Source: an uncultured Candidatus Saccharibacteria bacterium (GTDB taxonomy: Bacteria > Patescibacteriota > Minisyncoccia > Phycocordibacterales > UBA918). Taken from it: a stretch of 53,874 bases of DNA. The number at the start of each line of letters is the position of its first letter. Within the stretch, counting starts at the first letter, position 1. Below are positions 19,597-27,486 of the stretch, in pieces. A program made the position numbers and the translations under genes. Below the pieces are notes generated by a model, which was given only the letters and a program-made list of their open reading frames with translations, searched no databases and had not been told where the DNA came from. The stretch spans positions 23,470 through 77,343 of the forward strand of contig CAYGKU010000001.1 of NCBI GenBank assembly GCA_964350745.1, given 5' to 3'.

Positions 19597-21429
19597 CTAC
19601 CCTTTTTCTGAATTTGGATCGAAGGCAGGAGAGCACAATGAATTAGCTTTGGCTCGAGTTATTGAATCGAACACACCGCTTGGATTTACTTCACCTATCG
19701 GGGTTAGTGTATCTTCTCTATACTTTACTTGGAATTTCGCAACAGCTTTAGCGGTTGCTAGTGAGTAGGTTTCTGTCTCGTTTCCGGTTGAACCTTCACC
19801 GATAACTGCAACTCTGGTATCTGAGTCGGAGTTTAAGAATTGTTGTAATTTCATCACATCTGGACCCGTACTTAAAGGACCAAGGTTATGAGTCCAAGAG
19901 TATGGACATATTCCCGTTGCATAATCACTACTATTAGCACCTAGTTCTTTTTGTAATGCCGCGATTTGCTCTAACAATGAATTGATCATTTCCTGCAGGT
20001 CTTTATCTGTTTTACTTGATGAGCCTTGCTGTTTTTCCTGCAGTAGACTATTGGCTTGCGCTATGAGTGAGTTAAGTGCTGCTTGTTGTCCATTGTCTAT
20101 CTCTGAAGTGTCAGTGGTATTACCGCTAAGCTTTTCTTCCTGTAATATCGCGATTTGCGCGAGTAGTTGATTGATCATTGATTGTAATTCTTTGGTGGCT
20201 GGTTTCACAATACTGTCTCTTTCTTTATGCAGTATAGCCATCAGTGCCAAAAGTGAATCAAGTATTTCCTGTAATTCTTCTTCTCTTTCAAGTGAAGGAT
20301 TGTTGTTTACTTCCTGCATTGCCTCATTAATTTGTTTTGATACCGAATCAATCAGTCGGTCGATTTCTGTGGTGGTCGGTTTTTCTTCTTTTTGTAGCAT
20401 TTCAATCAGTACCAACAATGTCCTTACCATTTCCTGCAATTTTACATCTGGTTCAGTTGATGTACCATTTTGTTTTGCTTCCACCAAACTACGGGCTTGA
20501 CTTAGGAGTGATTCAAGTTCTGTTTGTGGTGTGTTTTTGGTATCAGTATTGCTATCGAGTTCCCCCTCTTGTATTTTTGCAATTTGCGCAAGCAGATCGT
20601 TAACCATTGTCTGCAATTCTTTATTTGTCGGCTCAGAATCATTTTCTATAGGTTCTATATGATCCACCGCAAATTGAACTGAACAATTACGCTCTACACC
20701 ATCAGCAGAGACAACATTTAGTTGTATTGTTGGGTTGCCAAGGATATTTGCGGGCATATCGGCAATATCATTGATCATTATGTCGATACCGTTACCAGGA
20801 GGTGTCATATAATCTTTTCCACCAAAATCAGTTTCAAAGTACGCACGAACTGTATTGGTACTTTCCCAAGTCAAAATAACAAGTTCATTATATGTATAGG
20901 AGTTTTTATCACTGGAAATCTTACAAGATGGAACAATTAGAGCTGTCGTGCTCGTAGTTGTTGATGTGGCCTGAGTCGTATCTGTTTCTGTTTTGCTATC
21001 TTTATTAGCTTCCGTACTACTTGCTGTGGTAGAACTGATTTCGGTATCTATGTCGTTATCTGTGCTGGAGACGTTATTGGTACTCGACGCAGTTGAAGTT
21101 GCGATTGTCGTAACAACTTCTTCTGTAGTAGGTTCAACACTTTCTTCTTTATCGCCATGTGAAGATCTGGTAACACTTCCCCCACGACGTCGTTTTTTCT
21201 TTGTTTTTTCGGTCGCACCGACGGTTAGTGATGTGGAAGTAGCCATGCCTAGTACGTGACCATTTTTTTCTGCTAGTAAAAATTCTAATTGCTGTACTTT
21301 TTGCTCCAATAAAACTATTAATTGTTTCATCAGCTCTATTTTCTTTGCTTCAAGCTCCGATGTATTTGCAAACGAGGCTGACGGCATCATAATAGCTATC
21401 GTCATTATTCCTGTGATTATTTTTTTCAT
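19597..21429 (-). CDS. Secreted coiled-coil repeat protein with a C-terminal peptidoglycan-binding domain
   Basis: The ATG at 21429 gives the signal peptide MKKIITGIMTIAIMMPSASFA. There are at least 5 copies of an xELQxMxNxLLxQIAxLQ-type repeat. The C-terminus (GPDVMKLQQFLN...AKAVAKFQ) resembles PG_binding_1. Confidence 0.75.
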   Translation of the reverse strand: MKKIITGIMTIAIMMPSASFANTSELEAKKIELMKQLIVLLEQKVQQLEFLLAEKNGHVLGMATSTSLTVGATEKTKKKRRRGGSVTRSSHGDKEESVEPTTEEVVTTIATSTASSTNNVSSTDNDIDTEISSTTASSTEANKDSKTETDTTQATSTTTSTTALIVPSCKISSDKNSYTYNELVILTWESTNTVRAYFETDFGGKDYMTPPGNGIDIMINDIADMPANILGNPTIQLNVVSADGVERNCSVQFAVDHIEPIENDSEPTNKELQTMVNDLLAQIAKIQEGELDSNTDTKNTPQTELESLLSQARSLVEAKQNGTSTEPDVKLQEMVRTLLVLIEMLQKEEKPTTTEIDRLIDSVSKQINEAMQEVNNNPSLEREEELQEILDSLLALMAILHKERDSIVKPATKELQSMINQLLAQIAILQEEKLSGNTTDTSEIDNGQQAALNSLIAQANSLLQEKQQGSSSKTDKDLQEMINSLLEQIAALQKELGANSSDYATGICPYSWTHNLGPLSTGPDVMKLQQFLNSDSDTRVAVIGEGSTGNETETYSLATAKAVAKFQVKYREDTLTPIGEVNPSGVFDSITRAKANSLCSPAFDPNSEKG

Positions 21430-21517
21430 GTTTGGCTTTCTACCATAATTCACCACTAAAGTCAACCTTTATGCCTTGAATTCAATCCAATTAGAAATGA
21501 TCATTTGTGTATTTAAC

Positions 21518-21561
21518 CAAAACCACCCCGCGGCCGAAGGCCGCGGGGTGGTTTTGCTATT
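21518..21561. repeat. 44-nt hairpin, copy 2 of the identical pair; also a terminator
   Basis: Exact copy of 19521..19564. The two copies bracket the 19597..21429 gene. Confidence 0.85.
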
Positions 21562-21593
21562 CTTATTTGAATTAAGTCTGATGAACTTATAGA

Positions 21594-24035
21594 TCAAATG
21601 GACAACTCTACTTCGCTAAAATCTTTTTTGGTTAAAGTTATAGTTTCTCCCACCTTCGCCTCTCCGCTAATGATCCTCTCAGCCACTTTTTCTTCTATTA
21701 CGTCTTGCAGCACTCTCACCATCGGTCGGGCTCCAAACTGTGGGTCGTAGCCCTTTTCCACCAAAATATCTATCAGGTCACGGGTCAAAGTAAGTTCATA
21801 ACCTCTCTCTTTGATCCTTTCATAGAGACCTTTTAGCAACAAGTTGGCCACCTGTCCTTGTTCTTCCAGTGTCAGTGGTTCAAATATTATAGTGCTGTCA
21901 AAACGGTTTATCAGTTCCGGTCGGTAAATTCCTTCATTAATGATATGACTGATGATCTCCTGACTTAGAGTTGCCAGTTCTTTTCTTTGATTCACAGTTT
22001 TAAGTATCAGCTGACTGCCGGCGTTTGAGGTGGCAATTATGATGCTGTTGCGAGCGTTTACCTTGCTGCCTCTGCCATCGGTAAATACTCCCTCATCGAG
22101 AATTTGCAGGAAAATGTCATGCACAGCCACAGAAGCTTTTTCAAACTCATCAAGCAATAATACTGAGTAAGGGTGTTCTTGCAGAATACTGGATAGCACC
22201 CCTGCTTTTTCATTGCTACCAATAAGATGAGACAACGCTCCATCACCGCTAAACTCAGACATGTCCAATCGAAGCATATTCTTCTCGTCACCAAAGAACA
22301 CGTAAGCCAGAGCTTTGGCTGTTTCGGTCTTACCTACGCCAGTTGGACCCAGGAAAAGAAACGAGCCGATCGGCTTATCAGTTGCTTGAATGCCGGCACG
22401 CGATCGACGCATGGTCTTGGCGATGGCATCAATGGCTGATTGTTGACCTACTACCCTTTTATGTAGATGTTCTTCCAAATTAAGGAGAAGATCTCTCTCC
22501 TCTTCCCCGACCGGCCCGGCTGGTATGCCGGTCTTCTCGCTCACTGTTTGGTAGACGAAATCTGAAGTAACTATTCCCGTACCGGATTGATGAGCTCTAG
22601 TGGCCACATCTACCAGAAGCGAGATGGCCTTGTCAGGCATTACCCCGTCTACAATGTAGCGGTCGGCCGAACTGGTAATGGTGGTCAGTGATGAAAAGGT
22701 AAATAAAAGCTGGTACCTTTTTTCTTGTTCTAAAGCAATACCTTGCAAGACCTCGGTAGTACTGTTTAGGTTTGGAGTATCTATCAATACTTCTTCAAAC
22801 CGTCTTGAAAATCCTCCCAGTGGTTCGATGTAGCTATGAAAAGCACCCGGAGTATCGGTAGCGATAAGGTGGAGGTTTTGTGTTGCCAGGAAAGAATCCA
22901 ATAATTCGGGAATAAATACTCCCATAGCTTCAGCTTCTCTAATAAAAGTACTTAGATTTTCAATAACAATAATGATATTCCCGGCCGCCATAGCTTCAGA
23001 GAAAAGTGACAATAGAGTCAACTCCAGCTCTTGCTTACTGCGATGGGTGGCGAAAATGTGATTGGTGTCAAGAAGTATCATATGTTGACCTTGAACCGAA
23101 CTAAGAGATTGACCGACCTGCATTCTGCGGTTCACTTCCATCACCAGATCTATTTTCCCTACTCCGGCCTCGCCGATTATTAATACGTTGGCCGATTTGG
23201 CTCTGGCCAAAGCCACTTCGATCTCAGCTATTTTTTCTTCGGTAAAAGCGGAGTTGCTTTGGGTCAAGGTGGAGAAAACAGAACTGGTTTTAATGTCTCT
23301 TGAATACTTTTGCAAAATATAGGCTGTGCCGTAGGCCCATTCTTTACCTATTCCTTGAGATCTTGAAAGATTGTCCTTGCCCCACCAACGTTGTTCGCGT
23401 TTATTTTGCAGATAAGAACCAACCACCCACTTTAGAGATCCAAAGAAAATATCTTCACTGATACCTTGTTCTTTTAGCATGGTGGCAAAGGCGCTGTCTT
23501 GTTGGTAGATATATTCGCCAAGAGAAATAAAGGTGAAGATCTCTTCCGGGTTTAATGGGATCATTAAGGTAGAGATCCGCGGACGTTCCGCTTTTTGCAA
23601 AAAAACATCCAGCATCTTAGGGTCAACTCCGGCCCGCAACAGTATTGCGGTACCTATATTAGAGGTACAAAAAGAAAAAACCACATCTTCCTTGTTTACT
23701 GAAAGTGCCTCAGCCACTTCGTAAGTGATCCCGCTTATCTTTTTTTTATTGAGTCCAATGATCGAATTAAGTCCGTGATAATAAAAACTATTGATGTAAC
23801 TGTACAGTAATACTTGTTCCACCCACAATGCGCCAAAGATCAAAGTCAGACCGACAAGTACGGGATATAAGCTATGCTCCGGTGTGAACAGATAAATAAG
23901 AGTACAACCTGATGCTCCCAAGGCCGTGGCGGCAAAAAAAGCTGTTCTGAGTTTATTTAGGGTCGGCCTAGAGATTATTCTGACCAGAGACAGAACCGGT
24001 TTATAGCGTTTGATGTCGTCAAAGATCGTGTACAT
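21594..24035 (-). CDS. Membrane-anchored ClpB/ClpC-like double AAA+ ATPase with a degenerate first nucleotide-binding domain
   Basis: 813 aa with two N-terminal TM helices. NBD1 has GEAGVGKI (no Thr/Ser after Lys) and IIIVIENL in place of the DE Walker B. NBD2 is canonical (GPTGVGKT, LLLDEFEKA, FGARP). Confidence 0.8.
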   Translation of the reverse strand: MYTIFDDIKRYKPVLSLVRIISRPTLNKLRTAFFAATALGASGCTLIYLFTPEHSLYPVLVGLTLIFGALWVEQVLLYSYINSFYYHGLNSIIGLNKKKISGITYEVAEALSVNKEDVVFSFCTSNIGTAILLRAGVDPKMLDVFLQKAERPRISTLMIPLNPEEIFTFISLGEYIYQQDSAFATMLKEQGISEDIFFGSLKWVVGSYLQNKREQRWWGKDNLSRSQGIGKEWAYGTAYILQKYSRDIKTSSVFSTLTQSNSAFTEEKIAEIEVALARAKSANVLIIGEAGVGKIDLVMEVNRRMQVGQSLSSVQGQHMILLDTNHIFATHRSKQELELTLLSLFSEAMAAGNIIIVIENLSTFIREAEAMGVFIPELLDSFLATQNLHLIATDTPGAFHSYIEPLGGFSRRFEEVLIDTPNLNSTTEVLQGIALEQEKRYQLLFTFSSLTTITSSADRYIVDGVMPDKAISLLVDVATRAHQSGTGIVTSDFVYQTVSEKTGIPAGPVGEEERDLLLNLEEHLHKRVVGQQSAIDAIAKTMRRSRAGIQATDKPIGSFLFLGPTGVGKTETAKALAYVFFGDEKNMLRLDMSEFSGDGALSHLIGSNEKAGVLSSILQEHPYSVLLLDEFEKASVAVHDIFLQILDEGVFTDGRGSKVNARNSIIIATSNAGSQLILKTVNQRKELATLSQEIISHIINEGIYRPELINRFDSTIIFEPLTLEEQGQVANLLLKGLYERIKERGYELTLTRDLIDILVEKGYDPQFGARPMVRVLQDVIEEKVAERIISGEAKVGETITLTKKDFSEVELSI

Positions 24036-24048
24036 ATATATGTGTGTT

Positions 24049-24510
24049 CTATATAAAAATAAAAATAATCCCGTAGATCAATCCTCCCACTATCAAAAGC
24101 GGAGCGACTACCCAGAAAATATAGGTAGCGATGATGCCGACACAAAGTAATAGCAACACAATGAGTCCCAGTGCGATTATGATACTGCGAAACAATATCC
24201 CAAGCAGGCGTGAAATTAAGTTTATGATTATGAAACTGGCAAAGTCTTCAAAGTTGAACTTGTCACCACGTTGTTCGGTGATGCGTTTCCAAGGAGAGAA
24301 AAAAGAGCTGGTCAATTGTTTTAGTGAGAAAAAATTGACCGTAAACCAAAAAAAGTTTAACCAAATATGTAGTATTTCTCGAAAGGCGTTAGTGTAGTGC
24401 CACAAAAAATAATGGTGCAAAATAGAAACAAAGAGCATGCCATTATTATACACCCAGCGGTTAGCTAACAGCACATTAAATTTCAACAAGGGCCGATGGT
24501 TTTTAACCAT
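24049..24510 (-). CDS. Small integral membrane protein
   Basis: 153-aa ORF with 3-4 hydrophobic helices, 13 nt upstream of the Clp-like gene. The annotated ATG lies inside the upstream terminator hairpin, so the real start may be the ATG at 24438. Confidence 0.55.
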   Translation of the reverse strand: MVKNHRPLLKFNVLLANRWVYNNGMLFVSILHHYFLWHYTNAFREILHIWLNFFWFTVNFFSLKQLTSSFFSPWKRITEQRGDKFNFEDFASFIIINLISRLLGILFRSIIIALGLIVLLLLCVGIIATYIFWVVAPLLIVGGLIYGIIFIFI

Positions 24511-24520
24511 CGGCCCTTGT
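24486..24520 (-). terminator. Terminator after the cold-shock gene
   Basis: 16-bp arms ACAAGGGCCGATGGTT/AACCATCGGCCCTTGT. Confidence 0.65.
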
Positions 24521-24557
24521 CTATCTGATCGGCAATAAAAAACCGATCAACCTATGC

Positions 24558-24788
24558 TTACCCTTCAGTAGCCGGAGCTTCTGCGCCACCTTCGGCACGA
24601 CGCACGTTGGCTGCCGCTGGTCCTTTTGGACCCTGTTCCACATCAAAGGTTACTTTCTCGCCTTCTTGCAGATCATCAAAAGCTAAGTCTACTAAAGATT
24701 GAGCGTGAAAGAAAACATCCTTATCACCTTCGTCTGGCTTGATAAAGCCATAACCATTATCGCGTTTGCGAACAATTGTTCCTGTCAT
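24558..24788 (-). CDS. Cold-shock domain protein (CspA family)
   Basis: 76 aa. RNP1-like NGYGFI and RNP2-like VFFHAQ. Confidence 0.9.
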   Translation of the reverse strand: MTGTIVRKRDNGYGFIKPDEGDKDVFFHAQSLVDLAFDDLQEGEKVTFDVEQGPKGPAAANVRRAEGGAEAPATEG

Positions 24789-24967
24789 TGTTTTTTATTT
24801 TACTTCGATTAACTACAAAACGTCACTTCACCTGATCAATGCTTTAACACCTTGCTTCAAGAGGAGTTGGTTTCGTTACTTGTTATTAAATCACACTCGC
24901 ATATAAACGCAAGCCCTTTAGTATTGTTTATTGACTACCGAGCGATTGTGAAGAACTGAGAAACTGT

Positions 24968-25363
24968 CTAAATTTTGATCTGTTGTCCGATCTTGCCTAC
25001 CAAAGGTAAGACCTTCTCTTTTTTCTGGAGAGAGTTGATTATTCCGATAATTATCAAGATCAGGACACCAAACTCCAATATTTCTATCAGTCTATGAAGC
25101 CAATATAGTAGAAAAAAATTGAAGATCACCCACAAAATAAGAGTGATACCAAATACCACCGTGCCCTGTCTAAGATGAAAATTTACAAAAGGATCATCCT
25201 TACCCACCAAGAACGGAATGATGATCAGTGGTCCAATATACGACAAGGCTGCCAGAATAGTAGAATTTGTAAAATATACACCGTTTGGCATGGTCAGATC
25301 GATCTTCGGCTCTTCTTTTGGTTTATCGGGGTTCGTTGAAGGTTGCTGATTATTGTTGTCCAT
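24968..25363 (-). CDS. DUF4870-like small membrane protein
   Basis: 131 aa with three TM helices and a conserved-looking FHLRQG segment after TM1. Confidence 0.5.
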   Translation of the reverse strand: MDNNNQQPSTNPDKPKEEPKIDLTMPNGVYFTNSTILAALSYIGPLIIIPFLVGKDDPFVNFHLRQGTVVFGITLILWVIFNFFLLYWLHRLIEILEFGVLILIIIGIINSLQKKEKVLPLVGKIGQQIKI

Positions 25364-25453
25364 AAAATTGGCTAGGTTTATGATAAGTAAAACGCTAATA
25401 GTATACCTTATTTTAGTCTGATTTGTTCAGCCTATGTCACATAAGGTATACTG

Positions 25454-26251
25454 ATGAGTATGAAGATCTACTCATGGAACGTCAACGGTATCAGGGCCGT
25501 CCACAAAAAAGGAGCCTTGCAGTTATTTATAGCCGAACATCAGCCAGATGTTCTATGTTTACAGGAAACCAAAGCCAGTCACGAGCAGATCGATGTCGAT
25601 TTTGAAGAATATGAAGAATATTGGTGTTCTGCGGAGCGAAAAGGTTACTCGGGAACGGCTATTTTCACCAAAATAACTCCGGAAAACGTTATTTGTGGCC
25701 TTCCGGCACACTTACTGAAACAATATAACGTCAGCGATGACTATGGTGATGCCGCTTCCGAGGGGAGGGTGACCACGCTAGAATTTGAGGGTTATTACAT
25801 CTGTACGGTCTATACTCCAAATGCCAAGGACGATCTTACTCGTATTCCCTTGCGGACTGAATGGGACAAGGCTTTTTTGGCCTACATGTGTGAACTCGAA
25901 AAAGAAAAACCGGTAATTTTCTGTGGAGATCTCAACGTAGCTCATACTGAGCTAGATCTCGCCAGGCCAAAGGAAAATAAAGGTAAAAAAGGTTTTACTG
26001 CCGAAGAAAGGGGTGGTTTTGATAATATGATCTCAGTAAATTTTGTTGATTCTTTTAGACTTTTTGAAAAAGAAGGTGGGCACTATACTTGGTGGTCACA
26101 CTTTGCCAACGCCAGAGCGAGAAACGTCGGTTGGAGGATCGACTATGTGATGGTGAGTGAGAAACTGGTGTCACTGGTCAAGAACGCTCGCATCCACGCT
26201 GACGTTATGGGTTCAGACCACTGTCCGGTCTCCGTGGAACTGATGTTATAA
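25454..26251 (+). CDS. xth: Exodeoxyribonuclease III (AP endonuclease)
   Basis: 265 aa. SWNVNGIR, LCLQETK, GDLNVAH, WRIDY, GSDHCPV. Confidence 0.92.
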   Translation: MSMKIYSWNVNGIRAVHKKGALQLFIAEHQPDVLCLQETKASHEQIDVDFEEYEEYWCSAERKGYSGTAIFTKITPENVICGLPAHLLKQYNVSDDYGDAASEGRVTTLEFEGYYICTVYTPNAKDDLTRIPLRTEWDKAFLAYMCELEKEKPVIFCGDLNVAHTELDLARPKENKGKKGFTAEERGGFDNMISVNFVDSFRLFEKEGGHYTWWSHFANARARNVGWRIDYVMVSEKLVSLVKNARIHADVMGSDHCPVSVELML

Positions 26252-26270
26252 TATGTTGCAAATTAAGGTT

Positions 26271-26308
26271 AATTCAGCCGTGTCCTTTATAAAGGACACG
26301 GCTGAATT
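26271..26308. terminator. 38-nt perfect palindrome after xth, containing the TGTCCTTTATAAAGGACA motif
   Basis: AATTCAGCCGTGTCCTTTA/TAAAGGACACGGCTGAATT. Confidence 0.7.
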
Positions 26309-26330
26309 ACTTATCCCCAGTTATACACAG

Positions 26331-26364
26331 TTATGTCCTTTACACATTTTTATAAAGGACATAA
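26331..26364. repeat. Second hairpin with TGTCCTTTA / TAAAGGACA arms
   Basis: TTATGTCCTTTA-cacattttta-TAAAGGACATAA. Confidence 0.6.
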
Positions 26365-26696
26365 TATATTGGTAGGCCCAGAGAGGGCGAGCAGGAGTCT
26401 CCAGAGTTCTGCATCAAATAATTTTGATCTAGAACCCTGGAGACACCCCTTAAAGAGTACATTCCACAAAAAATTGAGTATTACCTCCAAAAAACTCAAA
26501 CAAAAGTTCATAATAATCCCACCCTAAAATGAAATCTTCTTACAATATTTCATAAAAACTTTGTGAAAAAGTGTAAGCAAAAATGATTTCTAAAAACAAA
26601 TACAATGTAGAGCTTTGGAAACTGGTTAGCTTAAAAAATAAAATAAGCGCCATCTTGGGTTAAAATACCCATATAAATTAAAGCTCAAAACTAATC

Positions 26697-26767
26697 AAAG
26701 GCCTGAGGGCATCGGCAGTGAAATAAGAGGACACACACTTCACTTTCGATTCCCCCAGGCCTTTTTT
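26697..26767 (+). ncRNA. Orphan terminator-like structured element (candidate small RNA 3' end)
   Basis: AGGCCTG-GGG pairs with CCC-CAGGCCT and is followed by TTTTTT. No plus-strand CDS upstream that it could terminate. Confidence 0.3.
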
Positions 26768-26830
26768 CTATGTTTGGTTTTTATTTGCGTTTACTTTAAA
26801 CTATTAAAGTTTGTTTTATTGGAGACTGAA

Positions 26831-26953
26831 ATGACTAAGAAAGAAAACAACGTAGATAATGATCGCCCAAACAATAAAAAAGTGTCATTCTGGCCTTGGC
26901 TTATAATGGGTATTTTGATAGGTTTGACTTGGATGGTCTACCTAATGTCTTGA
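26831..26953 (+). CDS. 40-aa small membrane protein
   Basis: GGAG lies 6 nt upstream of the ATG. MTKKENNVDNDRPNNKK followed by one TM helix (VSFWPWLIMGILIGLTWMVYLM). Hairpin at 26969-26993 downstream. Confidence 0.45.
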   Translation: MTKKENNVDNDRPNNKKVSFWPWLIMGILIGLTWMVYLMS

Positions 26954-27022
26954 GCTCGTTCTTTAATCTCCCTTTGCTGTTTTGGCAAAGGGATACTTAT
27001 ATGTAATGACACTTAATATCAT

Positions 27023-27454
27023 ATGGAAAGTTACACTGGTGCAGATGAAATTCCACAAAATGACATTGAAAATGCCTCTTTTAAAGGCCGAGAAGCCATT
27101 CCCGCCGACGTGGCGCTTAGAGCTCAAAAGTTATTGATCAGGCACATGATCCCAGATGAGTTATCAAAATACCTTGCCGGTAACCTCGAAGATTTGGAAG
27201 ATCTCGATAGTCCGGTCCTTAACGCTGTGATTATGCGGTGGCTGGAAAAATATGCCTTAGATTTCAACGGTTTTGCCGAATATTGTGATCTGCACGCAGG
27301 AGATGGATTTATTGATCGGGTTATCAATGATGATATGACAGAAACCGACCTTACCTCTATTAAAAACTTCTTAGAAACCCATCCCCGTGGCGGTTCTTTC
27401 TTTACTCCTGAAGAGCTGCAAGAATTTATAGAAAAAATACCAGACAGTAAATAA
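27023..27454 (+). CDS. Hypothetical acidic protein
   Basis: 143-aa ORF with no recognisable motif. Followed by a bidirectional terminator. Confidence 0.5.
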   Translation: MESYTGADEIPQNDIENASFKGREAIPADVALRAQKLLIRHMIPDELSKYLAGNLEDLEDLDSPVLNAVIMRWLEKYALDFNGFAEYCDLHAGDGFIDRVINDDMTETDLTSIKNFLETHPRGGSFFTPEELQEFIEKIPDSK

Positions 27455-27484
27455 AAGCCTGAAATCTTTAGATTTCAGGCTTTT
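27453..27484. terminator. Bidirectional terminator
   Basis: AAAAGCCTGAAATC-TTTA-GATTTCAGGCTTTT between convergent genes. Confidence 0.75.
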
Positions 27485-27486
27485 AT

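Noticed and set aside
19521-21561. Possible CRISPR-like repeat (identical 44-mers)
   Set aside because: There are only two copies, 2 kb apart, each a self-complementary terminator flanking a protein gene. No regular repeat-spacer periodicity occurs anywhere in the window.
26311-26340. DnaA-box-like strings (TTATCCCCA, TTATACACA) suggesting a replication origin
   Set aside because: Only one string fits the TTATNCACA consensus. No cluster of boxes, AT-rich unwinding element or dnaA/dnaN gene is nearby, so the evidence for oriC is insufficient.
26333-26527. 64-aa ORF in the long intergenic region
   Set aside because: It has no RBS, starts inside a hairpin repeat and spans another long hairpin. 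Its composition is not protein-like.
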